Below, in pieces: positions 1-8,377 of a DNA stretch of 17,033 nucleotides (the stretch's first letter is position 1; every line of letters begins with the position of its first letter). Source of the stretch: Promethearchaeota archaeon (GTDB lineage: Archaea; Asgardarchaeota; Lokiarchaeia; Sigyniarchaeales; SOKP01); NCBI GenBank assembly GCA_016926735.1, contig JAFGOA010000170.1:1-17033 (forward strand). Reading direction: 5' to 3'. Both the position numbers and the translations under genes were made by a program. Below the pieces are notes generated by a model. That model saw nothing but the letters and a program-made list of their open reading frames with translations. It made no database searches and was not told the DNA's origin.

Positions 1-84
1 ATTTATATTATTCCAAGAGAATCTCCAAAAAATTAAAAAGATTTGGGTAGAGAAATAAAATTTAAGTGTTAATTATAATTTGAT

Positions 85-513
85 TTATGAAAAGTAATTT
101 TTCATATCATTTTTAAACGCTTGAAATTTCTGAATTTCAGTAAAATCTTCTCCTGAAAATCTCTGTTTAAAATATTGCATTATCAGATCCAGTTTTTCAT
201 AGAATTTTTTTACAAATCTATCAGAATTTCTTTTCCTTTTAGAAAGACCGTACATAATGAAAGGTTCATTCATATTACTATCACCTGCTAAAATTTCTCC
301 AATTTTGAAGATGAACAAGAAATTTTTCATTTCTAAATATTCCAATGAACAATTTTTAAAAGTAGTCTTTGCAAAACTATTTATTGCATCAATAAATGCT
401 CCTCTCAAATCATCTGCCGTATTTTTAGAATTTAATTCAGGTTTAGAAGTAAATTTATGATTTACTATAACAAAACCTCTGAATACTATTCCAATTTCAA
501 ATAAATTTACCAT
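85..513 (-). CDS. Longin/roadblock-like (profilin-fold) small protein, Asgard type
   Basis: 142 aa. N-terminal beta hairpin (LFEIGIVFRGFVIVNHKF), helix DDLRGAFIDAINSFA, strands (LEYLEMKNFLFIFK, FIMYGL) and a C-terminal helix ...YFKQRFSGEDFTEIQKFQAFKNDMKNYF. This is the pattern of longin-like domains. Confidence 0.65.
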   Translation of the reverse strand: MVNLFEIGIVFRGFVIVNHKFTSKPELNSKNTADDLRGAFIDAINSFAKTTFKNCSLEYLEMKNFLFIFKIGEILAGDSNMNEPFIMYGLSKRKRNSDRFVKKFYEKLDLIMQYFKQRFSGEDFTEIQKFQAFKNDMKNYFS

Positions 514-840
514 TTTATTTTCAATTAAAAAATATCAAATTATTGAATTTTCATTTACCTAATATTTTTTATAAAATTATTCAACTTTATAATTTTTCGC
601 TACTTTGATAAAATATTCTGAAAAAAAAGTATTTAATTTTGTATTTTTTATTGGATATAAAAAAAGTATTTCAATTGAATTAATAGTATTTCAATAATCA
701 GATATTTTAAATAGCATTAATTCTAACTTTTTAATAAGTAAAATATTAATAAATTAAACAATAATTTCATAACTGATAATTGTTTTAATATTTTAATTCA
801 ATGAATTTTTAAAAATATCACAAAAATTAGGTAATAGTCT

Positions 841-1089
841 ATGAGTGATGATGAAGAAAGAATTACTAAATGTCCCTATTGTGGCCTAGAGCTTAGACAC
901 CCTTATTGGGCACATGTTCAGCAAGATCATCCAGAAGAATATAAAAAGAAACAAACATGGATAAATCTATATAAAGATTATCGAAGCATGGGAATGGATA
1001 AGTCTATTTGTTTTACAGTAATTGGTGAATTATTTAATGTCGATCCAAATGAAGTAGAATTTTTTCTGAAAAAAAATAAGGAACTTTAA
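841..1089 (+). CDS. Small C2H2-type zinc-finger protein
   Basis: 82 aa. CPYC-x10-H-x4-H (CPYCGLELRHPYWAHVQQDH), then a short helical, possibly HTH-like C-terminus (IGELFNVDPNEVEFFLKK). Confidence 0.7.
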   Translation: MSDDEERITKCPYCGLELRHPYWAHVQQDHPEEYKKKQTWINLYKDYRSMGMDKSICFTVIGELFNVDPNEVEFFLKKNKEL

Positions 1090-1274
1090 CTCTCTTTTCA
1101 CCATTTTAATGCGAGAAAACTACTTCTTTTATCGTACCAAGTAACTTTTTTTAAATTACTATTATTAATTTTTAATTTTGGAGCATTTTAACCTTTCGAT
1201 AAATTCATCCTTTTGTGATACAAAATAAGATAAAAATAAAAAACAAAAAATTGTGTAACTTAAACTAAATAAAT

Positions 1275-1562
1275 TTAAAAATCGTCTTCTTCGTATTGAT
1301 CTTTTAATATACCAGCTTGTTTTAAAAGATCCTCAATAGTGTCTTTTGCCTTGATTACTTGTTGATTTTCAGAAAGATTCAACTTAGCTAATACAGAATC
1401 TGTAAAATCCATAAACTTTCTTATTGATTGAGAGGAAAAATCTTTAACCTTTTCTTGAGTTTTCTCTATAAAATTTTTTCCAGAATCTCCAAATACTTTT
1501 GAAACAAGATCAACAAGAGATTTATTTAATTTTTCAATAACATTTTCTTTTTCATCATTCAT
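1275..1562 (-). CDS. Hypothetical all-helical protein, weakly phasin-like
   Basis: 95 aa ATG-started ORF with amphipathic helices, an acidic tail (YEEDDF) and protein-like composition. Confidence 0.6.
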   Translation of the reverse strand: MNDEKENVIEKLNKSLVDLVSKVFGDSGKNFIEKTQEKVKDFSSQSIRKFMDFTDSVLAKLNLSENQQVIKAKDTIEDLLKQAGILKDQYEEDDF

Positions 1563-1688
1563 TTTAGTCTACTCTTTATATTAAAATTCACTTGTAAAAA
1601 ATAATTGCTAATTTTTAAATAAGTTTTTTATAATATCAAAAATTTTACGAGTAATTTTTTAAAAAAAATATGTTTAAAAATCATTAGT

Positions 1689-1707
1689 TGTTCTAATTGT
1701 AAGAACA
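1689..1707. promoter_or_regulatory. Candidate operator palindrome TGTTCT-N7-AGAACA
   Basis: Perfect 6-bp inverted repeat in the divergent intergenic region 1563-1823. Confidence 0.3.
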
Positions 1708-1823
1708 TTGGAGATAAAATAGAATTTTATAAAGTATAATTTTCTTTAATTTAGTGGTATTGGGATATATTAATCAATTTAATACAGTATATTAGAATTA
1801 AATTTTATAATTAGATATAGATT

Positions 1824-2387
1824 ATGTCTGAATTAAATAAAATCTTTTTGAAAATTTCAGCTAAACAAGGGAGTAAAAATGCCCAAATGGCATTAGAAAA
1901 TCAGAAAAATGAAAATAAGGAAAATTTGACAAATCTAATTGATTTTATTGTTATAAATCTACAAGCAGAAGCAGATAGGCTATCAGGGTATACGTTAAAC
2001 CAATTAAAAACAAATGAGATTGGTAGTCACATCGTACTTATAATTGAAGAGCATTTAAATAAAATTTTATATCTTTTAGAAATAGAGAAAGACGAAGGTT
2101 CTTATCTAGAAGATTTTTTATATGAGTTGAGAGATTTTTATAAGGAAAAGATTGAATCGGATAATGTTGCTAAAATTATTATCCAAAGATTTTGTGATCT
2201 TAATTTAATTCATGATTTTCATTTAATCATCTCAGATCTTAATGATCTTAATTTGGAATTTAAAAATAGAATACTTACCTACCTAACAATTCTTAATATT
2301 ATTAGAAGAATTGAAAGAAGGCTTTTTTTACCAAGTGCAAAATCAAAAATATCTAATATACTCGAAAAAAACTTACCTAAAAAATAA
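1824..2387 (+). CDS. Hypothetical helical protein
   Basis: 187 aa open frame in very AT-rich DNA, Leu/Ile/Glu-rich. No motif recognised. Confidence 0.7.
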   Translation: MSELNKIFLKISAKQGSKNAQMALENQKNENKENLTNLIDFIVINLQAEADRLSGYTLNQLKTNEIGSHIVLIIEEHLNKILYLLEIEKDEGSYLEDFLYELRDFYKEKIESDNVAKIIIQRFCDLNLIHDFHLIISDLNDLNLEFKNRILTYLTILNIIRRIERRLFLPSAKSKISNILEKNLPKK

Positions 2388-2426
2388 TTTAAATATTATC
2401 ATATTCTGAGAAAGATTTCATTTCAA

Positions 2427-3224
2427 TTATTCCTTTAGGTAGAATATATCTTTATAAATACTGTTATAGATACAAGCTTTTATACATTTACCACATACTT
2501 TAAAATATGATTCAAATCTAATATGATATTTCCTACAATGCTCTCTATAATCATCTAATGATTGTTTATTATTTAAGATAGGACAGATATCAAGGCATGC
2601 CCTACATGCAAAACATTCTGATTCTCTTTTTCTTCCTTGGAGTAGGGGAATATTTATGAGAATTGAGGCAAATCGTACTGCGGGACCATATTTTTCATTA
2701 ATTAGGAGCTTATTTTTTCCACGCCAACCTAAACCAGAAAATTCTGCCACAACTCTATGTGAGATTGTTTTTGCAAAATAATCAGTCACATTTGTAACAT
2801 CTGAAGGAGGCGTCTCTGTTGTTGGAGGGATTGCTATTCCATTAAATATTAATGCAATATCTGAACTAATCTTTCTTAATAGATTATTTATATGATCATA
2901 TTCATTTCCATAGACTTCCCATCGATCTTTATCAATAATACCTTGATTAACATGATTTATATTTTCAATTATTTTTATATCATAACATATCCCAATAGAA
3001 ATTATTGACCCTGTAGTTATAAATGCATGAAATTGATCTTTAAGTATTTTCTTCAGTCGATTTTGTTGTTCAGAAATAAGATGATTAAATACAGAAGAAA
3101 AATTAGCTATACCAAATATACCTTTATAATTGATATCTTTTAAATAATCAAAGAAATATTTTTTGATTTCACTTGTGTTTTTATTTTTAATATTAGAAAT
3201 ATTCATATTTTTCATTTTTTTCAT
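2427..3224 (-). CDS. QueG (epoxyqueuosine reductase)-like / reductive dehalogenase-like cobalamin-Fe-S protein
   Basis: Motif ISHRVVAEFSGLGWRGKNKLLINEKYGPAVRFASIL followed by CFACRACLDICP and C...CGKCIKAC, i.e. two 4Fe-4S ligand sets. The true start may be one of the downstream Mets. Confidence 0.8.
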   Translation of the reverse strand: MKKMKNMNISNIKNKNTSEIKKYFFDYLKDINYKGIFGIANFSSVFNHLISEQQNRLKKILKDQFHAFITTGSIISIGICYDIKIIENINHVNQGIIDKDRWEVYGNEYDHINNLLRKISSDIALIFNGIAIPPTTETPPSDVTNVTDYFAKTISHRVVAEFSGLGWRGKNKLLINEKYGPAVRFASILINIPLLQGRKRESECFACRACLDICPILNNKQSLDDYREHCRKYHIRFESYFKVCGKCIKACIYNSIYKDIFYLKE

Positions 3225-3375
3225 TAATTTAGAGATTTTATTTCATATTTGTATTAATAGGAGATTATAAATTACAACATATGTGGTTTCTTTAAAAATC
3301 AACTACATTATATATTATTTAAAGGATAACAAAGAACTAAAGTAAATTTAATCACTCTCTTTCATAGAGCATCTG

Positions 3376-5403
3376 CTAGAAGATGTAATCACCAAATGCC
3401 CCTCTGAGAGAATTCATTGCATCAATTAAATTAATTTGAATTTTATCCCATTTCTGCTTATCTTCCAGTCCACCATCATTGAGAGTAAATCTTATAAATT
3501 GAAATGTTCTTTTTTCATCGAAATTCCACTCAAGATCATTAGAAAATTGCCAAGCAATTTCTTCAAATCTTTTTTGAATTTCTTTTTTTTTAGCTACAAG
3601 TGATTTGTATTTATCAATAACAATAGCGTTTTTATCAGTACAATCAAAAAATAATTCCACACATGCCAACTTTCCTTCTATTATATATCGTAAGGTAATA
3701 TTATCAAAAGATGTTGGCTCAGAAATCCATGATGTTGTTTTTATTTTAAGATTGGAATGTTCTGGGATATTAAGACTCAGTTTCTTGTTAAGTTCGATCC
3801 AAAAATTAATTCTTTCAATCTCTATTTTTTTAAGTGTTTTGTCTACCTTTAATTTCCTCTTAGCTAATAAAATTTGAGGAGGTCCAACAATTAAGTTAAA
3901 TTTAGGAATTGGAGGATAATCAGCAACTTTGATTACTTCTATTTCAATCAAATAAAACAGTAAATCTTCTGTTGTTGCCTTATTCAACCAATCAATCGTA
4001 TTAATATATTCAGGTAATGCTTCTTCACAAATCCAAATAATATTTTTTGCATTATATTTAGCTATTTTTGATAAGATAATCCCAAGATGGTAATAATCTG
4101 TTTGTTGGAATTGATTTATTATAAGTGTGATATTTTTTAATTCATCATGAGCCAAAAGATCTAGTTTAGAAATTTCATCATCTTCTTCTATGGGTTGTAG
4201 ATTTAGAGATAAAACTTCATCTAATATTTCTATATTTTCTTTTAACCAAGGTATAAATTCTCTATCTACACTTTCCCATATTTCTTTAATGGGAATTTTT
4301 AGATATTCTAAATCCTCTATTTCGGATTGAGGAATATTAAGTTTTTTATCTAAAATTATCTTTCCTGATGATTTAGTAATTACTTGATATACATCTTCAA
4401 CTTCCATAAATCTTTGAATTAATTGAAAAGCTAACATCTTAAAAGCTTCATTGATATTTTCCCCATTTTTAGCAGAAGTCTCAATATAGGATATACCTAG
4501 CTCATTAGCTAATTGTTCTCCTTCAGTATGAGACACAACTCTTTCATTTTCTAAATCAATTTTATTCCCGACGATAATTAAAAAGATATCTTGAGGAGCT
4601 GATTTTTTAATTTCATTATACCAATTTTTTATATTTTCAAATGATTCCCGATTTGAAACATCAAATACTAAAATACCTGCTCCTGATTCTGCTAAATAAC
4701 TTGGTCTAATTCTTTTAAATTGGGGTTGACCTGCAAGGTCCCAGATTACAAATCTTACAAGAGAATCAAATCCATCAAATTTGCATTCTTTTTTTGATAT
4801 TGAGGTTCCTATAGTAGCTTTATAATTATCTCTAAAAGTTCCCTCAGTAAATCTTTTAACAATACTTGTCTTTCCAACAGCTCCTTCTCCTCCTAGAATG
4901 AGTTTGTAGACATTTTCTTTTGAATGGATCTTTATTTTTTGTAATGTAGAGACTTTTCTCTCAATTAGTTGTAGTTGTTTGTCAACTATTATTTTAGGTA
5001 TAACAGGACTAACAGATTCTCCTTCGAAAATTCTTGCTATTTTTTCAGCTGCAAGATAAGAATAAGCAAAATAAGGATCAATCATTGCAAGTGCATTTAA
5101 TGCGGTCACCAATATATATTCACTTCCAGCTTCACAAAAGATGAATCTATACTTATCTGTATCAAAAGTACCTGCTCCAAATGTACCTAAATCAAAATCA
5201 TGAGTAATTTTCTTGAGAACCAAATCTACTAATGCACCAAAAGCACCGATAAACTTCTTTTCAACATCATCTTTCCCATCTTTTGTAACTGCCTCAACAA
5301 GTAACCCATCCCTATCAACAATTAAGACAGCAATTAGATCATCTCCAACTTCATATTTATACCACTTTAATAAAGCTGCTAATCTTTTTTTATCGACAAA
5401 CAT
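3376..5403 (-). CDS. Fusion: roadblock/LC7-like domain + Rab-like small GTPase + degenerate nuclease-fold domain + DUF4268-like domain
   Basis: N-terminal LIAVLIVDRDGLLVEA...FIGAFGALV (roadblock). GTPase motifs G1 GEGAVGKT, G2 YKATIG, G3 WDLAGQ, G4 NKID, G5 ETSAK. C-terminal half IKEIWESVDREFIPWLKENI...NQFQQTDYYHLG...IIWICEE...IDWLN...PKFNLIVGP, then ERINFWIEL...LEWN...KWDKIQINLIDAM, resembling DUF4268-family proteins. Confidence 0.85.
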   Translation of the reverse strand: MFVDKKRLAALLKWYKYEVGDDLIAVLIVDRDGLLVEAVTKDGKDDVEKKFIGAFGALVDLVLKKITHDFDLGTFGAGTFDTDKYRFIFCEAGSEYILVTALNALAMIDPYFAYSYLAAEKIARIFEGESVSPVIPKIIVDKQLQLIERKVSTLQKIKIHSKENVYKLILGGEGAVGKTSIVKRFTEGTFRDNYKATIGTSISKKECKFDGFDSLVRFVIWDLAGQPQFKRIRPSYLAESGAGILVFDVSNRESFENIKNWYNEIKKSAPQDIFLIIVGNKIDLENERVVSHTEGEQLANELGISYIETSAKNGENINEAFKMLAFQLIQRFMEVEDVYQVITKSSGKIILDKKLNIPQSEIEDLEYLKIPIKEIWESVDREFIPWLKENIEILDEVLSLNLQPIEEDDEISKLDLLAHDELKNITLIINQFQQTDYYHLGIILSKIAKYNAKNIIWICEEALPEYINTIDWLNKATTEDLLFYLIEIEVIKVADYPPIPKFNLIVGPPQILLAKRKLKVDKTLKKIEIERINFWIELNKKLSLNIPEHSNLKIKTTSWISEPTSFDNITLRYIIEGKLACVELFFDCTDKNAIVIDKYKSLVAKKKEIQKRFEEIAWQFSNDLEWNFDEKRTFQFIRFTLNDGGLEDKQKWDKIQINLIDAMNSLRGAFGDYIF

Positions 5404-5637
5404 AACAATCTTGGTTTATTTCTCAAAGTAATATTCCTAGTAAAAAATTCTAGTAAGAATATAATATTTTTTGGTTTTATCAATATTTCTATAAAAAAGA
5501 AATAATTTTTCTTTCAAATACGTTTATGAATTAAAAATAATAATTATGTTAATGTCAATTTATAAATATTATAATTTTATTCTTTTTTTTAGTATAAGAA
5601 AAAATGATTTATAAGCAAAAAATAAAGCAATAAAATA

Positions 5638-6033
5638 ATGCTAGATCTAATCTTAATTCAAGATGTAAACTCAGGAGTAAATTTAGTAGAATATTATAAA
5701 GAGAATTCACCTTTAAATACAAACCATTCAAGTATTTTCAGTGGATTTCTCTCAGCAATCCAAGCAATGTCTAAAGAATTAGAAATTGGAAATATTGCTT
5801 TGATATCAACAGAAGGGGAAAATGCTCATCATTGTATCATTACCTCAGTTGAACCGATTAGTATAATACTTATTATTGATAAAAATGATTCGATTCAATC
5901 GTGGAAAGACATTGGTCTAAGGATTTGTAATGCTTTTTTTAAATTATATGGAAAAGAGTTTGATCCCCATGAAATTTCAGAATTTAAAGATTTTAGTTTT
6001 ATTATTAAAGAAATTTGCGATGGATATAAATAG
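5638..6033 (+). CDS. Longin-like domain protein
   Basis: 131 aa. LILIQDVNSGVNLVEY, SIFSGFLSAIQAMSKELEIGNI and C-terminal ICNAFFKLYG...ISEFKDFSFIIKEI match the longin/sigma-adaptin-like pattern. Divergent from the GTPase fusion gene. Confidence 0.75.
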   Translation: MLDLILIQDVNSGVNLVEYYKENSPLNTNHSSIFSGFLSAIQAMSKELEIGNIALISTEGENAHHCIITSVEPISIILIIDKNDSIQSWKDIGLRICNAFFKLYGKEFDPHEISEFKDFSFIIKEICDGYK

Positions 6034-6268
6034 CTCAAAAATCTTACGGATAAAATCTAATTTATCCAAAAAATGAAAAATAACCAGATAAAAATAACAA
6101 AAATTGATTCAGAAAGGGTATTCAATTAACAACAATTTCTAATCTTCCCTCTTTTAGTACAATTTTTTATATATACTCCAAGTTAATTCTATATACCAAA
6201 ATCTACATCTATTAATAAATGGATTTTTTATAACATGATCAAAAATGATTATAAATAATCCTAAATAT

Positions 6269-6287
6269 AAAAAAAAAGAAAAAAAAA
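6269..6287 (-). terminator. T-rich archaeal-type terminator candidate
   Basis: T9-C-T9 on the minus strand immediately after the permease stop codon. Confidence 0.45.
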
Positions 6288-7142
6288 TTAGAGTGAAGTC
6301 TTCTTCTGAAATATTTTCACTCCCAATATGATAAAGATTGCTGTGAAGGCAAAAATCATAAGAATCCCGCCCCAAATCGGTACAAACGTAGTCTCAGAAG
6401 TAGTTAAAATTATCGATGTTCCATATAATTTATCTGTAAGATTATTACCTAATACGGTTAATTGTAGAAAAACTTGCTTAATCCAATATTGTGGTGTGAA
6501 AAATACACCTATATTTTCTAATGGAAAGAAGGATCCTGATGTAAACATCAAACACATATGTGTTAACATACTGATTCCATTTGCTGCTTCAGGAGATTTT
6601 AGAAAACTAGCAATTATAAGACCCAATCCTATAGCACCAACACCATAAACTAAAGCTAAAATATAGCCAAGAAAGAACATTGAGAGTTCAAAATGGGCTC
6701 CTAGCGCTCCATAACCAAATGCAAATAATAATAGTAGTTGTAAGTTCATAAAGACTGTTTCTGATAATACTGCACCTAAAAAGACGTTTCCACGACTTAC
6801 AGGCATAGTATCAATACGTTCTAAAGTTCCATTTTTCTTACTCATAGAAAACATTACAGCACTAGTTACCATAGACATTCCTATTGTATATACAACAATT
6901 CCAGGAAATTCTACATCAAAAACGGTAATACCAGGCAGCATGGAATCTCCATTATCTGTAAAAGCAAGTTTATAGACTATTAGCATCATTATTGGAAAAG
7001 CTACTGTCCAAAACATTGATCCAAAGTCTTTAATCTTTTCTTTTACATTTTTTTTAGCAATATGTATTGCTTTTATATCAATTGTATTTAATTTGAAATT
7101 CCTTTCAGGACTTTTTAAGGTTTCTAATTTGAGAGTATTCAA
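6288..7142 (-). CDS. ABC-2 type transporter permease
   Basis: About six hydrophobic segments. Motifs MFWTVAFPIMM, KKNGTLERIDTMPVSRGNVFLG and FTSGSFFPL. TTG start overlaps the ATPase stop (TTGA); the exact start is uncertain. Confidence 0.9.
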   Translation of the reverse strand: MNTLKLETLKSPERNFKLNTIDIKAIHIAKKNVKEKIKDFGSMFWTVAFPIMMLIVYKLAFTDNGDSMLPGITVFDVEFPGIVVYTIGMSMVTSAVMFSMSKKNGTLERIDTMPVSRGNVFLGAVLSETVFMNLQLLLLFAFGYGALGAHFELSMFFLGYILALVYGVGAIGLGLIIASFLKSPEAANGISMLTHMCLMFTSGSFFPLENIGVFFTPQYWIKQVFLQLTVLGNNLTDKLYGTSIILTTSETTFVPIWGGILMIFAFTAIFIILGVKIFQKKTSL

Positions 7143-8164
7143 TTGTCTCGTAACCCCCTACCTGTTAATTTTAAAAATATATCTTCAAGAGAATCTTCTC
7201 TAAAGTGTAGTGTTTTAAATGCTTCTAAACGTGTAATAATTTCTCTTTTGAAAGTGGTAATTCCTCCGGTAAAAGTAACAACTAGTTTATAGTTATCTTT
7301 TTCCTTAATTTCATGGATATTTTCAATTTGTTTTAATTCATTTAATCCATTTGCGTATTCTTCTTCTGAATGAAATGTTATTTCAAGAATATTTCCATTT
7401 GTAGAGTCTTTTTTCATTTCTTCTGAAGTTCCAAATGCGATAATCTTTCCATGATCCATTATTGCAATATGATCACTTAAAACATCAGCCTCAATCATAT
7501 CATGTGTAGTAAGGATAATTGTCATTCCAGTTTTCTTAAGTTCTTTGATAAAATCCCATACAAGACGTCTTGCTTGAGGATCTAATCCTGCGCTTGGTTC
7601 ATCAAGAAAAAGAATCTTTGGTTTATGAATAAGACTCATCACTAGATTCAAACGCCTTTTCATACCTCCTGAAAAGGATTTAGATGCTTTTTTCCTCCCA
7701 GCTATATTCATTTGTTCTAAAAGATATTTTGTGCGAGCTTTAAGCTCCGTCTCATCCATTCCGTGCATACGACCAACAAATAGTACATTATCTTCGGCTG
7801 TTAACGCTTCAAAAATAACATTATCTTGAGGGCATACACCGATAAATGGTTTTATTTTATTTTTTTGTTTAATTAGACTATGATTATTGATTAAGGCATC
7901 CCCATTTGAAGGTTTTAGTACTGTAGTTAGCATTTTAATTGTTGTGGATTTTCCAGCTCCATTTGGTCCTAAAAGTGAAAATAATTCACCTTTTTGGACC
8001 TGAAGAGATATACCATCAACCGCTTTAAAACCATCAAAAGACTTTTCCAGACCATCAACCTCTATAATAATTTCATTTGAATATTTATTATTGTTAAATT
8101 GATATGAATCTGAATATTTTTTTTGTACGTCTTCTTTTAATGATACATTCATAATTATATTCAA
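7139..8164 (-). CDS. ABC transporter ATP-binding protein (DrrA/NodI-like exporter)
   Basis: Walker A GPNGAGKST, Q-loop CPQD, signature FSGGMKRR, Walker B LFLDEP, H-loop TTHD and C-terminal SLEDIFLKLTG. The track start is TTG; the ATG at 8152 is an alternative. Confidence 0.95.
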   Translation of the reverse strand: MNIIMNVSLKEDVQKKYSDSYQFNNNKYSNEIIIEVDGLEKSFDGFKAVDGISLQVQKGELFSLLGPNGAGKSTTIKMLTTVLKPSNGDALINNHSLIKQKNKIKPFIGVCPQDNVIFEALTAEDNVLFVGRMHGMDETELKARTKYLLEQMNIAGRKKASKSFSGGMKRRLNLVMSLIHKPKILFLDEPSAGLDPQARRLVWDFIKELKKTGMTIILTTHDMIEADVLSDHIAIMDHGKIIAFGTSEEMKKDSTNGNILEITFHSEEEYANGLNELKQIENIHEIKEKDNYKLVVTFTGGITTFKREIITRLEAFKTLHFREDSLEDIFLKLTGRGLRDN

Positions 8165-8377
8165 ATTTTATCTCAATAAGTTATTTCTGGAGACCAATTT
8201 TTGCATAGAGAAAAATAGTCATAAAAATTCTATAATTTATATGGGATTGTTAATTTCGTAATCAAATTTATTAATGAAGATATTAGTTGGCGTAAAATAA
8301 TTCAAATATTCTTGTCATAAAATAAATTATATCTACTTAACAAAAAATAGTTCCTTATCAATTTATTTTTATTTACA

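Noticed and set aside
1-36. Possible 3' end of an upstream plus-strand gene (IYIIPRESPKN*)
   Set aside because: Only 11 codons are visible, too little to support a call.
33-47. TTAAAAAGATTTGGG resembles TTAAAAAAGATTTTGGG at 16955-16971, suggesting att-like direct repeats
   Set aside because: Imperfect and low-complexity, with no integrase in the window; probably chance.
257-460. 67-aa plus-strand ORF
   Set aside because: Antisense shadow inside the longin-like gene.
3605-3877. 90-aa plus-strand ORF
   Set aside because: Antisense shadow of the GTPase fusion; Ser/Ile/Leu-rich with no motif.
5213-5431. 72-aa plus-strand ORF
   Set aside because: Antisense to the roadblock domain, with Ser/Thr-rich shadow composition.
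6154-6375. 73-aa minus-strand ORF
   Set aside because: Overlaps the permease end in another frame, and its hydrophobic stretch comes from the poly-T terminator tract.
6328-6648. 106-aa plus-strand ORF
   Set aside because: Antisense shadow of the ABC permease.
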